From an uncultured Gemmatimonadaceae bacterium (GTDB lineage Bacteria; Gemmatimonadota; Gemmatimonadetes; Gemmatimonadales; Gemmatimonadaceae): DNA of 64,000 nucleotides. Below, one piece after another: positions 9,928 through 20,105 of the stretch. Location of the stretch: contig CAVXGK010000002.1 in NCBI GenBank assembly GCA_963761305.1, positions 1,440,001 to 1,504,000 on the forward strand, read 5' to 3'. The position numbers were made by a program, and so were the translations under genes. The notes under the pieces are model-generated. The model had not been told where the DNA came from and made no database searches. It saw only the letters and a list, made by a program, of their open reading frames with translations. Numbering within the stretch: position 1 is the first letter of the stretch; each line of letters begins with the position of its first letter.

Positions 9928-11518
9928 GTGATGCCGTTCTGTCGACTGCGAATCCCGCCCGCCGCCGCGCTCCTGGTGCTCGCCACAGGCTGCGCCAATT
10001 CGCCGGATGGCCCTCCGATCACCGGCCAACTTCCCGCGGATCGGCCGGCACTCTCGCAGACGTATCGGGCCAGCGGGCACATGTCCGCTGGCGACGTGTT
10101 CGTCCACCTCTTCGAATGGAAGTGGCCGGACATCGCGCAACGAGTGCGAGCAGAATCTTGGACCGGCCGGTTTTGCGGCTGTGCAGGTCTCGCCGCCGCA
10201 AGAGCACAGCATCACGCCAACCTTCGACTGGAGTGAGCGCTACCAGCCGGTGAGCTACAGCATCGCGCGCAGCCGATCGGGAACGGGTGCCGAGTTCGCG
10301 GACATGGTGCAGCGGTGCAAGGCAGCGGGGGTTGGCATTTATGTAGATGCCGTCATCAACCACATGACCAATTCCCCCAGCCCCGGCGTCGGGAGCAACG
10401 GCACGAGTTACACGAAGTACGACTATCCGGGATTGTTCGCCCCGTCCGACTTCCACCCGCCATGCATCGTCAACGACTACGCGAATGCCGCCAACGTTCA
10501 AGACTGCGAACTGTTGTCGCTCCCCGATCTCGACACCGGCCTCGCGTCGGTCCGACAGAAGATCGCCGGGTACCTGATCATGCTCGCGCGGCTCGGCGTC
10601 GCCGGCTTTCGCGTCGACGCCGCGAAACACATTCAGCAGGTGGAGCTCGACGACATCCTCGCGATTGTCGATTCCACGATGACAGCCGAAGGCCGCCCCG
10701 TTCCGTACTACTTTCTTGAAGTGAGCTCCGGGCCGGGCGAAGCGTTGGGGCCGCGTGATTTTTTCGGTGAAGCGTATGGATCCGGCGGCGCGGCGGACAT
10801 CACAGAATTCACCTTCGTCGGCGTCGGCGACAAATTTCGAGGCATCGGCGGTCAACACATTTCACAGCTGAATCCGGACGGTCCGCCGGGAAGTCAGTTT
10901 TCGCCGTCCGCATGGGGCCTCATGCCGTCCGACAAGGCGGTAGTCTTTTTGGAGAACCACGACACGCAGCATCAATGTGGCTTGAGCTACCGAGACGGAA
11001 GTGTGTTCCGCATCGCGAACGTCTGGATGCTCGCCCAACCCTACGGTTTCCCGTCCATCCTATCGAGCTATGTCTTTGCCTGTCCCGCCGAAAACTCGAT
11101 GGGCCCACCCTCCGATGCCGGCGGCCACACGAACGACGTCACCTGCGCGCCGAGTTTCGAGACCGCGGCGACGGGTCAATGGGTGTGCGAGCATCGTGAC
11201 CCGTCGATCCGGAACATGGTCGCATTCCGGCGTCTCGTCGCTGGCACGGATATCAATCACTGGTGGGACGACGGCAATGGTATGATCGCCTTCTCCCGCG
11301 GCGATAAGGGCTTCGTCGCCATCAACAACGAGCCTGCTCCTCTGGCGGCCACAGTGACATCCGGGCTCGCACCGGGCGTCTACTGCGACCTGCTCACGGG
11401 CGGGCGGGGCCCAACGGGTTGCATCGGAAAGGTGCTGGTGGTGGACGCATCGGGAACGGTCCAGGTCCAGCTCGACCCGACTTCGGCGGTTGCGATCGAC
11501 GTCGCGACACGCCTATGA
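9928..11518 (+). pseudogene. GH13 alpha-amylase lipoprotein (actinobacterial/animal-like type), +1 frameshift near 10138
   Basis: ORF 9928.. gives lipobox 'LATGC' and 'VFVHLFEWKWPDIA'; ORF 10007..11518 continues 'NECEQNLGPAGFAAVQVSPPQEH', 'YQPVSY', 'DAVINH', 'GFRVDAAKH', 'NHD'; one extra base in ATCGCGCAACGAG. Confidence 0.88.
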
Positions 11519-11528
11519 GAATACTCGC

Positions 11529-13163
11529 ATGACGCGATCCCCCCCCCTTGCGCTCGCTGCGATCACAGCTCTCGCGGCGTGCGCGGCCCGGACCTCTCCT
11601 CGCGCGCCGAGCGTCGAGACGCGCGCTCCCGGGTGGACTCGTGGAGGCGTCTGCTACGAGGTCTTCGTTCGGTCGTTCTACGACAGCAACGGCGACGGCG
11701 TCGGCGATCTCAGGGGATTGATCCAGAAACTCGATTACATCAACGACGGCAACCGCGCGTCGTCGCGCAGCCTCGGCGCGTCGTGCATCTGGCTCATGCC
11801 GGTGGCCGCATCGCCCAGCTACCATGGCTATGACGTCAGCGACTACTATCGCGTCGAGCCGGCCTATGGCACGAACGACGACTTCAAGCAACTCGTTACC
11901 GAGGCGCACCGGCGCGGCATCGCCATTCTCGTGGACATGGTGCTCAATCATTCCTCGAGCGAGCACCCACACTTTCAGGCGGCGTTGCGGGACACGACGT
12001 CGCCGTTCCGCGCTTGGTACCGCTTCGCTCCCACGCCGCTCGGCAAGGGCCCATGGGGATCCGACGCGTGGCGCAAGTCGCCGGTACGGAACGAGTACTA
12101 CTACGGTCCCTTCTCGACCGACATGCCGGATCTGGACTATCACAGTCCCGCGGTTCGTGAGGAAGCGAAGAAGATCGCCGCGTTCTGGCTGCGTGACATG
12201 GGGGCGGATGGCTTTCGGCTCGACGCCATTCCGTACCTCGTCGAGGATGGCGCCTGTCTGATGGGCTGCCCCGGCACGCACGCGTTCCTGCGCGAATACG
12301 CGGCGTACATCGGTAGCATTGCGCCGGCGGCATACACGGTCGGTGAAGCGTGGGGAAACATCGATGCCGTACTACCGTACTACCCCGACCAGCTCACCTC
12401 ATACTTTGGATTCGAGCTCGCGGACTCGCTCGTCGCGGCGGTTCGACGAGGCTCGATCGGAGGAATGCTCTCGGGCTATCTACGGTTGCAGGACACGCTG
12501 CCAGGATACCGATGGTCACCATTCCTGAGCAACCATGACGGGACGCGTGTCATGACACTGCTGGGCGGCGACATGGCACGCGCAAAGATCGCCGCGACGC
12601 TCCTGCTGACGCTGCCCGGTCTGCCCTTCGTGTACTATGGCGAGGAGATTGGAATGTCAGGCGACAAGCCGGACCCCCGACTCCGAACTCCGATGCAGTG
12701 GAGCGCCGGCCACGCAGCGGGATTCACCACCGGAACACCGTGGGAAGCCCTTCAGCCTGATACACAGGCGATCAACGTCGCCACCGAGGACGCGGCCGGG
12801 GGTTCGCTGCTGAATCTCTATCGCCGGCTCATCAGCCTACGGAAGTCGAACGACGCGCTGGCAACTGGCAGGCTCGTACCGCTCACAGCCGGCAGTACCC
12901 AGGTGATCGCCTACCTTCGTCGGGCGGGCGACAAGGCGGTTCTTGTGGTCGCGAACCTCGGCGCGGCGCCCGTGACTGGAGTGTCCGTGCACTCGGGGAA
13001 AGACGCGATTCCACCCGGCAGCTACGCGGCGCAAGGCCTGCTCGGCACGCAGAACGGCGCGACGCTGGTGGTTGGCCCCGATGGTGAGCTGCTCGGCTAC
13101 GTCCCCGTCACGGGCCGGCTAGGGCCGAGGGAGAGCGCGGTGTTCGACATGGTGCGTCAATAG
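11529..13163 (+). CDS. GH13 alpha-amylase family lipoprotein
   Basis: Lipobox 'ALAAC'; 'YEVFVRSFYDSNGDGVGDL', 'YHGYDV', 'DMVLNH', 'GFRLDA', 'VGEAW', 'SNHD', 'YYGEEIGM'. Confidence 0.93.
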   Translation: MTRSPPLALAAITALAACAARTSPRAPSVETRAPGWTRGGVCYEVFVRSFYDSNGDGVGDLRGLIQKLDYINDGNRASSRSLGASCIWLMPVAASPSYHGYDVSDYYRVEPAYGTNDDFKQLVTEAHRRGIAILVDMVLNHSSSEHPHFQAALRDTTSPFRAWYRFAPTPLGKGPWGSDAWRKSPVRNEYYYGPFSTDMPDLDYHSPAVREEAKKIAAFWLRDMGADGFRLDAIPYLVEDGACLMGCPGTHAFLREYAAYIGSIAPAAYTVGEAWGNIDAVLPYYPDQLTSYFGFELADSLVAAVRRGSIGGMLSGYLRLQDTLPGYRWSPFLSNHDGTRVMTLLGGDMARAKIAATLLLTLPGLPFVYYGEEIGMSGDKPDPRLRTPMQWSAGHAAGFTTGTPWEALQPDTQAINVATEDAAGGSLLNLYRRLISLRKSNDALATGRLVPLTAGSTQVIAYLRRAGDKAVLVVANLGAAPVTGVSVHSGKDAIPPGSYAAQGLLGTQNGATLVVGPDGELLGYVPVTGRLGPRESAVFDMVRQ

Positions 13164-13231
13164 TCTCGGGGTTCAGGCCCTTTCAACAGCCTGGTCAAAC
13201 GCCGAGGAACCCGAGGGATCGCAGCCAACCC

Positions 13232-13436
13232 CTCGAAAAGCTTGCCCCGTCCACGGCAAGAAGCTCCTGCCCTGCCTTCGGCTCATGAACAAGCGCTTGA
13301 GCCTGCTCATCAACTTCGGAGAGACACTCTCACGGAGGGCCTGCGCCGCATCGTCAACGATCTCCCTGCCTCCGCGTCCCCGCGCCCCCGCGTGAACCAA
13401 TTGGCGCTGAATCCGGCTAGGAGTGCTCGAGGCTAA
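13232..13436 (+). pseudogene. Decayed C-terminal fragment of a GxxExxY (PD-(D/E)XK-type) protein
   Basis: Joining across two single-base deletions (~13247, ~13323) gives 'LEKLAP-VHGKKLLPCLRLMNKRLSLLINFG-DTLTEGLRRIVNDLPASASPRPRVNQ', matching the recalled GxxExxY C-terminus (..LAPVH.KQ.LTYLRL....GLLINFG...LKEG..RIVN). Confidence 0.75.
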
Positions 13437-13480
13437 ACTGAACGGCAGTGGTCTAGCTCTCCGCGTGGAGGATGTTGAGA

Positions 13481-14845
13481 CTAGTTCCGCTCGAGCACCA
13501 CGGCGCCGAACGCAGGCAGCGTGACCGAGCCACCTCGCTGGATGCGGCGGGTCAACTGGTCGCGCAAACCATCCACGCCGACGCCGGTCACCGTGAACTT
13601 CACCTCGTGCCGCCGCGCATTTACCAGCACGATCGCGTCGCCGCGCCGATAGGCGATTACTTCGCCAGGGTCGCTCGTATCGACCGCCAAGAGATTTCCT
13701 GAAGCGAACGCGGGATCGCTACGAATCAGCTCCTCGATCCGCCTATAAAACGCCAGAGCGACGGACGCGTTGGGTTGATCCCAAACGATGGGATCGCGCT
13801 CGAAGAGCGGCAGCTTTTGAGGACTCTCAACCTCCTGACCGTCGTAGATCAACGGCCGGCCGGGCAGCAGCGCCATGGCGACGTACGCCGCGCGCGCGCC
13901 CGCCACACCCGCGAACCGTTTGACCGGCGGATTGTCCCAAGCCGTCTCATCGTGATTCGTCGTGAAGCGCAGGCGCATTCCGCCCGGAGGGACCGTCTTG
14001 AGATCGGCCAGCTCCTGTTGCACGAATCTCGACGCGGGTACGCTGTCCCACACCGCTTTGAGGTGGCTGTACGAGTCCCATGCGTATGTGAGATCGAAGC
14101 CGAACCGGTGCATCTTGACGTCGCCCCACTCAGCGAGCAGCAGGATTGGGCGCTTGACGCTGGCGCGCAGCTGCGGCAGTGCCTCCTGCCAGAAGTCGTC
14201 GGGAACGAATCCGGCGGCGTCGACGCGGAATCCGTCAATGTCATACTGCACCAGCCAATGGCGCATGGCGTCGATCATCGCGCGTCGCATCTCTGGATTC
14301 TTGTAATTCAGTTGGGCGACATCGGTCCAGTCGGTCAGGTTCCCCTTGTCATCGCGCGGCACGGTGAGCGCACCGCTCTCGTTGCGAACATAGAACGCCG
14401 GATGTTGCTGGACCCAGACGTTGTCCCACGCCGTGTGATTCGGGACCCAATCGAGGATCAGCTTCATGCCCCGTGCGTGCACGGCCTGTACGAGCGCCTT
14501 GAAGTCCGCGAGGCTGCCGAACTCCGGATTGACCGCCAGATAGTCGCGCACGGCGTACGGGGAGCCGAGCGTCCCTTTCCGGTTGGATATCCCAACGGGA
14601 TAGATTGGCATGAGCCACACGACATTCGCCCCGACCGCCTGAATCCGGTCAAGCCCCCGAGCCACACCTCGGAAATCACCGCTGGGCGAAAAGTCTCGCA
14701 CGAAGACTTCATAGATCGCACTATGACTGACCCATGAGGAGTCGGGTGCCGGTACTCGCGCGGACGCTTGTGCGATGCAAGCCGTCGCCGGAAATGCGGC
14801 CGCCACCACGACAGAGAGCGTGACGGCGGACAGACGATTTCGCAT
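13481..14845 (-). CDS. Secreted GH13 alpha-amylase/cyclomaltodextrinase-like glycosidase
   Basis: Signal peptide from ATG 14845; 'GSPYAVRDY', 'DWVPNH', 'GFRVDAA', 'LAEW', 'TNHDE'. Confidence 0.92.
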   Translation of the reverse strand: MRNRLSAVTLSVVVAAAFPATACIAQASARVPAPDSSWVSHSAIYEVFVRDFSPSGDFRGVARGLDRIQAVGANVVWLMPIYPVGISNRKGTLGSPYAVRDYLAVNPEFGSLADFKALVQAVHARGMKLILDWVPNHTAWDNVWVQQHPAFYVRNESGALTVPRDDKGNLTDWTDVAQLNYKNPEMRRAMIDAMRHWLVQYDIDGFRVDAAGFVPDDFWQEALPQLRASVKRPILLLAEWGDVKMHRFGFDLTYAWDSYSHLKAVWDSVPASRFVQQELADLKTVPPGGMRLRFTTNHDETAWDNPPVKRFAGVAGARAAYVAMALLPGRPLIYDGQEVESPQKLPLFERDPIVWDQPNASVALAFYRRIEELIRSDPAFASGNLLAVDTSDPGEVIAYRRGDAIVLVNARRHEVKFTVTGVGVDGLRDQLTRRIQRGGSVTLPAFGAVVLERN

Positions 14846-14963
14846 CGACCTTGCTCCCGCGTGGAAGAAAAAGCCCGACGAGCAGTAGCCAGGCGCGAAT
14901 GTAGCCGTCGCGTTCATATTGCGGGAGAATGATCGTCCGGCGATCACTCGGAGGAAGCAGAGA

Positions 14964-17441
14964 GTGTATCTGACTCGTTGGGCAGCGGGGTGCGTGCTGT
15001 GCCTGGGCGTGGGGGGGAAGGCGACCGCTCAGGACACCGGCCGGCAGCGTTTGTCGATGGACCCGGAGTGGCGGTTTACGCTGGGCGATCCGGCGGGTGC
15101 CGAGCGTCCGACGTTCGATGATCACGCGTGGCGCCGTCTGGACCTCCCCCACGACTGGAGCATCGAGGGAGCCATGCGCCAGGATGCTCCCGGCGGCGGA
15201 CAGTTCGCGTTCCTCCCCGGCGGCATCGGCTGGTATCGCAAGGCGTTCCGCATGCCGCCGAGTGCTCGTGGCCTCGAGGCGCGGCTGGAGTTCGACGGCG
15301 TGTACATGAACAGCGACGTCTGGATCAACGGCGTCCACCTCGGGAAGCGACCGTACGGGTATGTCAGCTTCGCATATGACATCTCGCATCACGTCGTGCC
15401 TGGCGTGAACCTGGTGGCCGTGCGCGTCGACAACTCGAGCCAACCGAACTCCCGCTGGTATTCGGGGAGCGGCATCTATCGCCACGTGTGGCTCACGCTC
15501 TCCGACTCATTGCATGTGGCGCACTGGGGGACGTACGTGACGACGCCGCGCGCGGACTCCATGCGCGCGGACGTCGTGGTGCGCACGCAGCTCGAGAATG
15601 ATCGGACCACGGCGCGCCGCGGCACGCTTCGCTCGCTCGTCCTCGATGACGCGGGCCGAGAGGTGGCCCGCTTCGACACGGCGTTCGCAGTGGCCGCGGG
15701 CCAGCGGCTCGAGTTGGAGCAGCAACTTCACGTCGCGACCCCGCGACTGTGGTCGGTGGCGCAGCCGTACCTCTACGCTCTTCGGACGGAGGTGCTCGAC
15801 GGCGTCAATCCGGTCGATGTCGTGACAACGCCGTTCGGCATTCGCTCGATTGCATTCGACAAGGACCGCGGCTTCCTGCTGAACGGTCGTCATCTCAAGC
15901 TGAATGGTGTGAACCTGCACCACGACGCCGGCGGCCTGGGCGCCGCCGTGCCGGAAGGCGTGTGGGAACGTCGCCTCGCGCTGCTTCGCTCGATGGGCGT
16001 CAACGCCATCCGCACATCGCACAATCCGCCTGCACCCGAGTTCCTCGACCTGTGCGATCGAATGGGGTTTCTCGTCATGGCCGAGGCGTTCGACGAATGG
16101 ACGTTCGGCAAAGTGCCAGGCGGCTATCACAACTACTTCGCGGATTGGTCGGCCCGGGACGTGACGGATTTCGTGCACCGCGATCGGAACCACCCGTCCA
16201 TCGTGCTGTGGAGCGCCGGGAACGAAATCGGTGAGCAGAGCTCGCCGAACGGCGCGCAGGTGCTGCGCCAGCTCGTGGACATCTTCCATCGCGAGGATCC
16301 GACGCGGCCGGTGACGACCGGGAACGATCAGATCGTGGCCGATGGACATCCGGCCACGCTGGCCTTCCTGAATGCCGAAGATATCGTCGGCTACAATTAC
16401 GTCGACCGTTGGCACGAGCGGCGCGAGGTGTTCGCCGACGAGGACCGCCACGCCCATCCCGATTGGCGGATGATTGGAACCGAAAGCGGTTCGATCTTTC
16501 AGAGCTTCGACGAGCGCTACTCACTGGGCGCCGACTCCGCGGTCGTGCGGCCCAACTATACGAGCGGCATGCTGCAGGCCGAACGCCGTTGGAAATGGAT
16601 CGCGATGCACGACTACTTCGCCGGCGACTTCATGTGGACGGGCGTCGACTACCTGGGCGAAGCCGTCTGGCCGTTCCGAGGCTTTCCCTCGGGCGTACTC
16701 GACATCACCGGGCATCCCAAGGATTCCTATTACCTGTACCAGAGCCAATGGACGGATCGGCCGGTGCTGCACCTCTTTCCCCACTGGAATTGGAACGGGC
16801 GCAGCGGCCAAATGATTCCGGTCATGGCATACACCAACTGCAACAGCGTTGAGCTTTTTCTAAATGGCCGGTCCATGGGTGAGAAGCGACTCGAGTTTCC
16901 CGCGCAGGGCACCTCGGGCGGCTGGAACAGTTACGCTCTTCCGGTCGTCGCCCCCACGACGAACGACTTGCATCTCGTCTGGGACGTGCCCTACGAGCCC
17001 GGCGTGTTGCGAGCGGTCGGGAAGCGGCGCGACGGGGCCGTCTGCAACGACGAGGTGCGAACGACCGGCGCCCCATCGGCAATTCGCCTCGTCGCGGACC
17101 ACGACACCATCGCCGACCGACCCGGCGACGTGGCGCATGTGGCGTTCGAGATCGTCGACGCCGCCGGCAACGTCGTTCCAATCGCCGGAAATCTCGTGCG
17201 CGTCACCGTGACCGGTGGCGATCTCCTCGCACTCGACAACGCCGACCTGCAGGACCAGAGCGGCTATCGCACCGGCCAACGGCACGCATTCAACGGCCGC
17301 GGCTTGGCCATCGTGCGGGCGACGAAGCCCGGGCTCGTGCGCGTGGACGCGAGCGCCGACGGGGGGGGCCTCCGCTCGGCGAGCCTCACGTTGCACGTCG
17401 TGCCGGGACGCGCGACGCCAACCGTTCCGGCAGCGCGGTGA
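14964..17441 (+). CDS. GH2 glycoside hydrolase (beta-galactosidase-like), secreted
   Basis: GTG 14964 after GGAGG; 'LPHDWSIE', 'SRWYSGSGIYRHV', 'NAIRTSHNPP', 'RDRNHPSIVLWSAGNE', 'WTGVDYLGE'. Confidence 0.92.
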   Translation: MYLTRWAAGCVLCLGVGGKATAQDTGRQRLSMDPEWRFTLGDPAGAERPTFDDHAWRRLDLPHDWSIEGAMRQDAPGGGQFAFLPGGIGWYRKAFRMPPSARGLEARLEFDGVYMNSDVWINGVHLGKRPYGYVSFAYDISHHVVPGVNLVAVRVDNSSQPNSRWYSGSGIYRHVWLTLSDSLHVAHWGTYVTTPRADSMRADVVVRTQLENDRTTARRGTLRSLVLDDAGREVARFDTAFAVAAGQRLELEQQLHVATPRLWSVAQPYLYALRTEVLDGVNPVDVVTTPFGIRSIAFDKDRGFLLNGRHLKLNGVNLHHDAGGLGAAVPEGVWERRLALLRSMGVNAIRTSHNPPAPEFLDLCDRMGFLVMAEAFDEWTFGKVPGGYHNYFADWSARDVTDFVHRDRNHPSIVLWSAGNEIGEQSSPNGAQVLRQLVDIFHREDPTRPVTTGNDQIVADGHPATLAFLNAEDIVGYNYVDRWHERREVFADEDRHAHPDWRMIGTESGSIFQSFDERYSLGADSAVVRPNYTSGMLQAERRWKWIAMHDYFAGDFMWTGVDYLGEAVWPFRGFPSGVLDITGHPKDSYYLYQSQWTDRPVLHLFPHWNWNGRSGQMIPVMAYTNCNSVELFLNGRSMGEKRLEFPAQGTSGGWNSYALPVVAPTTNDLHLVWDVPYEPGVLRAVGKRRDGAVCNDEVRTTGAPSAIRLVADHDTIADRPGDVAHVAFEIVDAAGNVVPIAGNLVRVTVTGGDLLALDNADLQDQSGYRTGQRHAFNGRGLAIVRATKPGLVRVDASADGGGLRSASLTLHVVPGRATPTVPAAR

Positions 17442-20062
17442 AGGCGATCATGCACACTCGTCGACGAGCGTGGCTCATCGTCTCCTGCCTGGTGCCGCTC
17501 TGTTCAGCTGAGGGACAGCCGGCTTCGCACGCGACGCGCGCCGTCTATCTCGACAGTGCGGGCGTCGTTCGATGGCAGGACGACCAACGGGAAGTCACGC
17601 TCTTCGGAGCGAACTATGTCGTGCCGACCGCGTCGGACTATCGCGCCGCGGGTTATGTCCACGCCGATCGCAAGAAGATGATCGACGAGGACATGGCGCA
17701 GTTCGCGCGCATGGGCTGGGACGGTTTGCGGTTGACGTTTTGGGGCGATTGGGAAGCGTCCGACAGCGCCGGCAACCTGATCGCGAACGACCACCTGGAC
17801 TTGCAGGACTACCTGATCGCCCGCGCGCGCGAACGCGGCATCTACATGCTGTTCAGTCCCATCCAGCTCTATGGCTCGAATTGGCCGGACGCGCTTGGGG
17901 ACACGTCGGCGCCCGGCTTTGGCAGGCGTTTTGGCAAAGAGAAGATGGGCACCGATCCCGCCGCGATCGCCGCCCAGGTGAATTACCTGCGACAGATTTT
18001 GAATCATGTAAATCCCTATACAGGCATCGCCCTCAAGGACGAGCCGGCGATCCTGTTCATCGAGCTGGTCAACGAACCCTGGCATCACCCGGAGAATCTT
18101 CAGGGTTCGATCGCCTATATAAATATTCTCACCGAGGCCGTGCGCAGTACCGGCTGCAAGAAGCTCGTTTTCTACAACGTGAGTCAGGATTTCAGGATCG
18201 GCGAGGCCATCCGGCGCTCCGAGGCGCAGGGCGTCACCTTCGGCTGGTATCCGACTGGGTTGAACTCGGGCCACGAGCTTCAAGGCAATTACCTTCGCGG
18301 TGTCGACTCCTTCCCCGACATGCTGCGCCCCGAGCTCGCCGGCCTGCCGCGCATCGTCTACGAGTTCGACAGTCCCGACTTGCGCACTGGCACGATGTAT
18401 CCCGCGATGGCCAGGAGCTTCCGCGCGGTGGGCACCCAGTTCGCCGCCATGTTTGCCTACGACATGCTGGCGACCGCCTCGCGCAACCTTGGCTGGCAGA
18501 CGCACTACTTAAATCTCGTGTACACGCCTCGCAAGGCGATGAGCGCCATCATCGCGGCCGAGGCGATGCATCGCCTGCCGAGGATGCAGTCGTACGGTCC
18601 GTATCCGCTGAACACCCGCTTCGGCGATTTCCACGTTTCGGCCGACGAGAATCTCGGCGAGCTTGTCGCGCGCGATGCCTTCCTCTATGCGGGATCGACG
18701 CACGCGACGCCGCCGGATCCGGCCGCGCTGAGCCGCATCGCTGGCTACGGCTCGTCTTCTACCGTGGCGTACGAGGGCGACGGGATCTACTTCCTCGACA
18801 AGGTGCGCCCGGGCCTGTGGCGCCTCGAGGTGTATCCCGACGCGGAGCCGGTCCGCGATCCATTCGAGCTTCCTAATGCCGACAAGATCGTGACACGCGC
18901 GATCAGCCGGTCGTGGCCCATGACAGTGGTCTTGCCTGATCTCGGCCCAACGTTCACCGTGCAGTCGCTCACCGCCGGCAACCGTCGGAACGAACGCGCG
19001 ACCGCTGGTCGGTTCAGCGTCAGTCCAGGTGTCTACGTCCTCAGCTCGCCCGGTCCGGTCAACAAGTCGGACCTTCCGGCACGCCTGGGTGAGTTGGGGT
19101 TCGCCGAGTATCACGCGCCACCGCGCGACTCGTTGCCGCTGTCGATCCAGCCGCTGATCGCACCATCGTATCTCGCCGGTCGAGATGCCGAGTTGCGCGC
19201 GCGCATCGTCGACGCGACGCCGCCCGACTCGGCGACGCTATTCATTCGCCCGTCCGTGGGCGGATTCTACCGCGCGTTCAAGATGCGCCCCGCCGGGAGT
19301 TACGAGTACGCGGCAACCGTGGCGGCAACGGCGCTGGAGGAGGGCCCGCACGAATTCGTCATCGCCGTCTTTCGCGGCCGGTCGGCAACGACGTTTCCGG
19401 GCGGGGTCAACCGCAAGCCGTGGGATTGGGACTATGACGGCCGCGCGTCATGGCCGCTCGAGGTCGTGGGCGCGCAGACGCCGCTGCGGCTGTTCAGCCC
19501 TGGTTCAGACGCCGAGCGGCTGGCGTTCACGCGCCTCGGAGACGCGGGACGACGCGGACTCTTTCGCGTACAGTTCTCCAGTGTCACGGGGCTTCCCGTC
19601 TTCCATTTCGAGCGGCCGGTGGACGCGCGCGGCTGGAGTCCTGATGACTACACCGCATCGTTGGTCATCAGGGATCGTGTCGTCGCCCGTCGAGCGAACA
19701 TCGCTGACGCGAAGGCGCTCCAGGTGCGATTGCGCGGCCTGGGACCGCGACAGCGACTGCATATCACGCTGATGGAGGACGACGGCACCAGTTGGAGCGC
19801 TGCCGTGAGGGTAGACAGCGGCTGGAGCGAGCAGTCGGTGCCGCTCGACTCATTCGCGCTGGATCGCGGCGTCCTACTGCCGCAGGGCTTTCCCGGCGAG
19901 TGGAACTACTGGGTCGGACCCGCCGCCGGCCGCGGCGGCAATGGAGACCGGCTGAAGCTCGACCACGTGGAGCGGCTGCAGCTGTCGTTGCGACGCGAAG
20001 AAGGCGTGACCGTCACTCCTGGCAGCTACGGCGTCGAAGTGGAGTCAATCGTTCTGCGTTGA
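17438..20062 (+). CDS. Secreted clan GH-A (GH5-like) glycoside hydrolase with uncharacterised C-terminal domains
   Basis: Signal peptide; 'LFGANY', 'ILNHVNPYTGIALKDEPAI..ELVNEP' acid/base motif; 'VYEFD' candidate nucleophile; GTGA overlap with GH2 gene. Confidence 0.7.
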   Translation: MKAIMHTRRRAWLIVSCLVPLCSAEGQPASHATRAVYLDSAGVVRWQDDQREVTLFGANYVVPTASDYRAAGYVHADRKKMIDEDMAQFARMGWDGLRLTFWGDWEASDSAGNLIANDHLDLQDYLIARARERGIYMLFSPIQLYGSNWPDALGDTSAPGFGRRFGKEKMGTDPAAIAAQVNYLRQILNHVNPYTGIALKDEPAILFIELVNEPWHHPENLQGSIAYINILTEAVRSTGCKKLVFYNVSQDFRIGEAIRRSEAQGVTFGWYPTGLNSGHELQGNYLRGVDSFPDMLRPELAGLPRIVYEFDSPDLRTGTMYPAMARSFRAVGTQFAAMFAYDMLATASRNLGWQTHYLNLVYTPRKAMSAIIAAEAMHRLPRMQSYGPYPLNTRFGDFHVSADENLGELVARDAFLYAGSTHATPPDPAALSRIAGYGSSSTVAYEGDGIYFLDKVRPGLWRLEVYPDAEPVRDPFELPNADKIVTRAISRSWPMTVVLPDLGPTFTVQSLTAGNRRNERATAGRFSVSPGVYVLSSPGPVNKSDLPARLGELGFAEYHAPPRDSLPLSIQPLIAPSYLAGRDAELRARIVDATPPDSATLFIRPSVGGFYRAFKMRPAGSYEYAATVAATALEEGPHEFVIAVFRGRSATTFPGGVNRKPWDWDYDGRASWPLEVVGAQTPLRLFSPGSDAERLAFTRLGDAGRRGLFRVQFSSVTGLPVFHFERPVDARGWSPDDYTASLVIRDRVVARRANIADAKALQVRLRGLGPRQRLHITLMEDDGTSWSAAVRVDSGWSEQSVPLDSFALDRGVLLPQGFPGEWNYWVGPAAGRGGNGDRLKLDHVERLQLSLRREEGVTVTPGSYGVEVESIVLR

Positions 20063-20105
20063 CGATGGCCCGTGCGTGCGCCGGACCGTACTATAGAAGA
20101 GCGCC

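Noticed and set aside
13181..13480. IS5/IS1182-like terminal repeats (TTTCAACAGCCTG ... GAGGATGTTGAGA)
   Set aside because: Only 10/13 complementary, facing outward relative to the usual IS orientation, and no transposase remnant.
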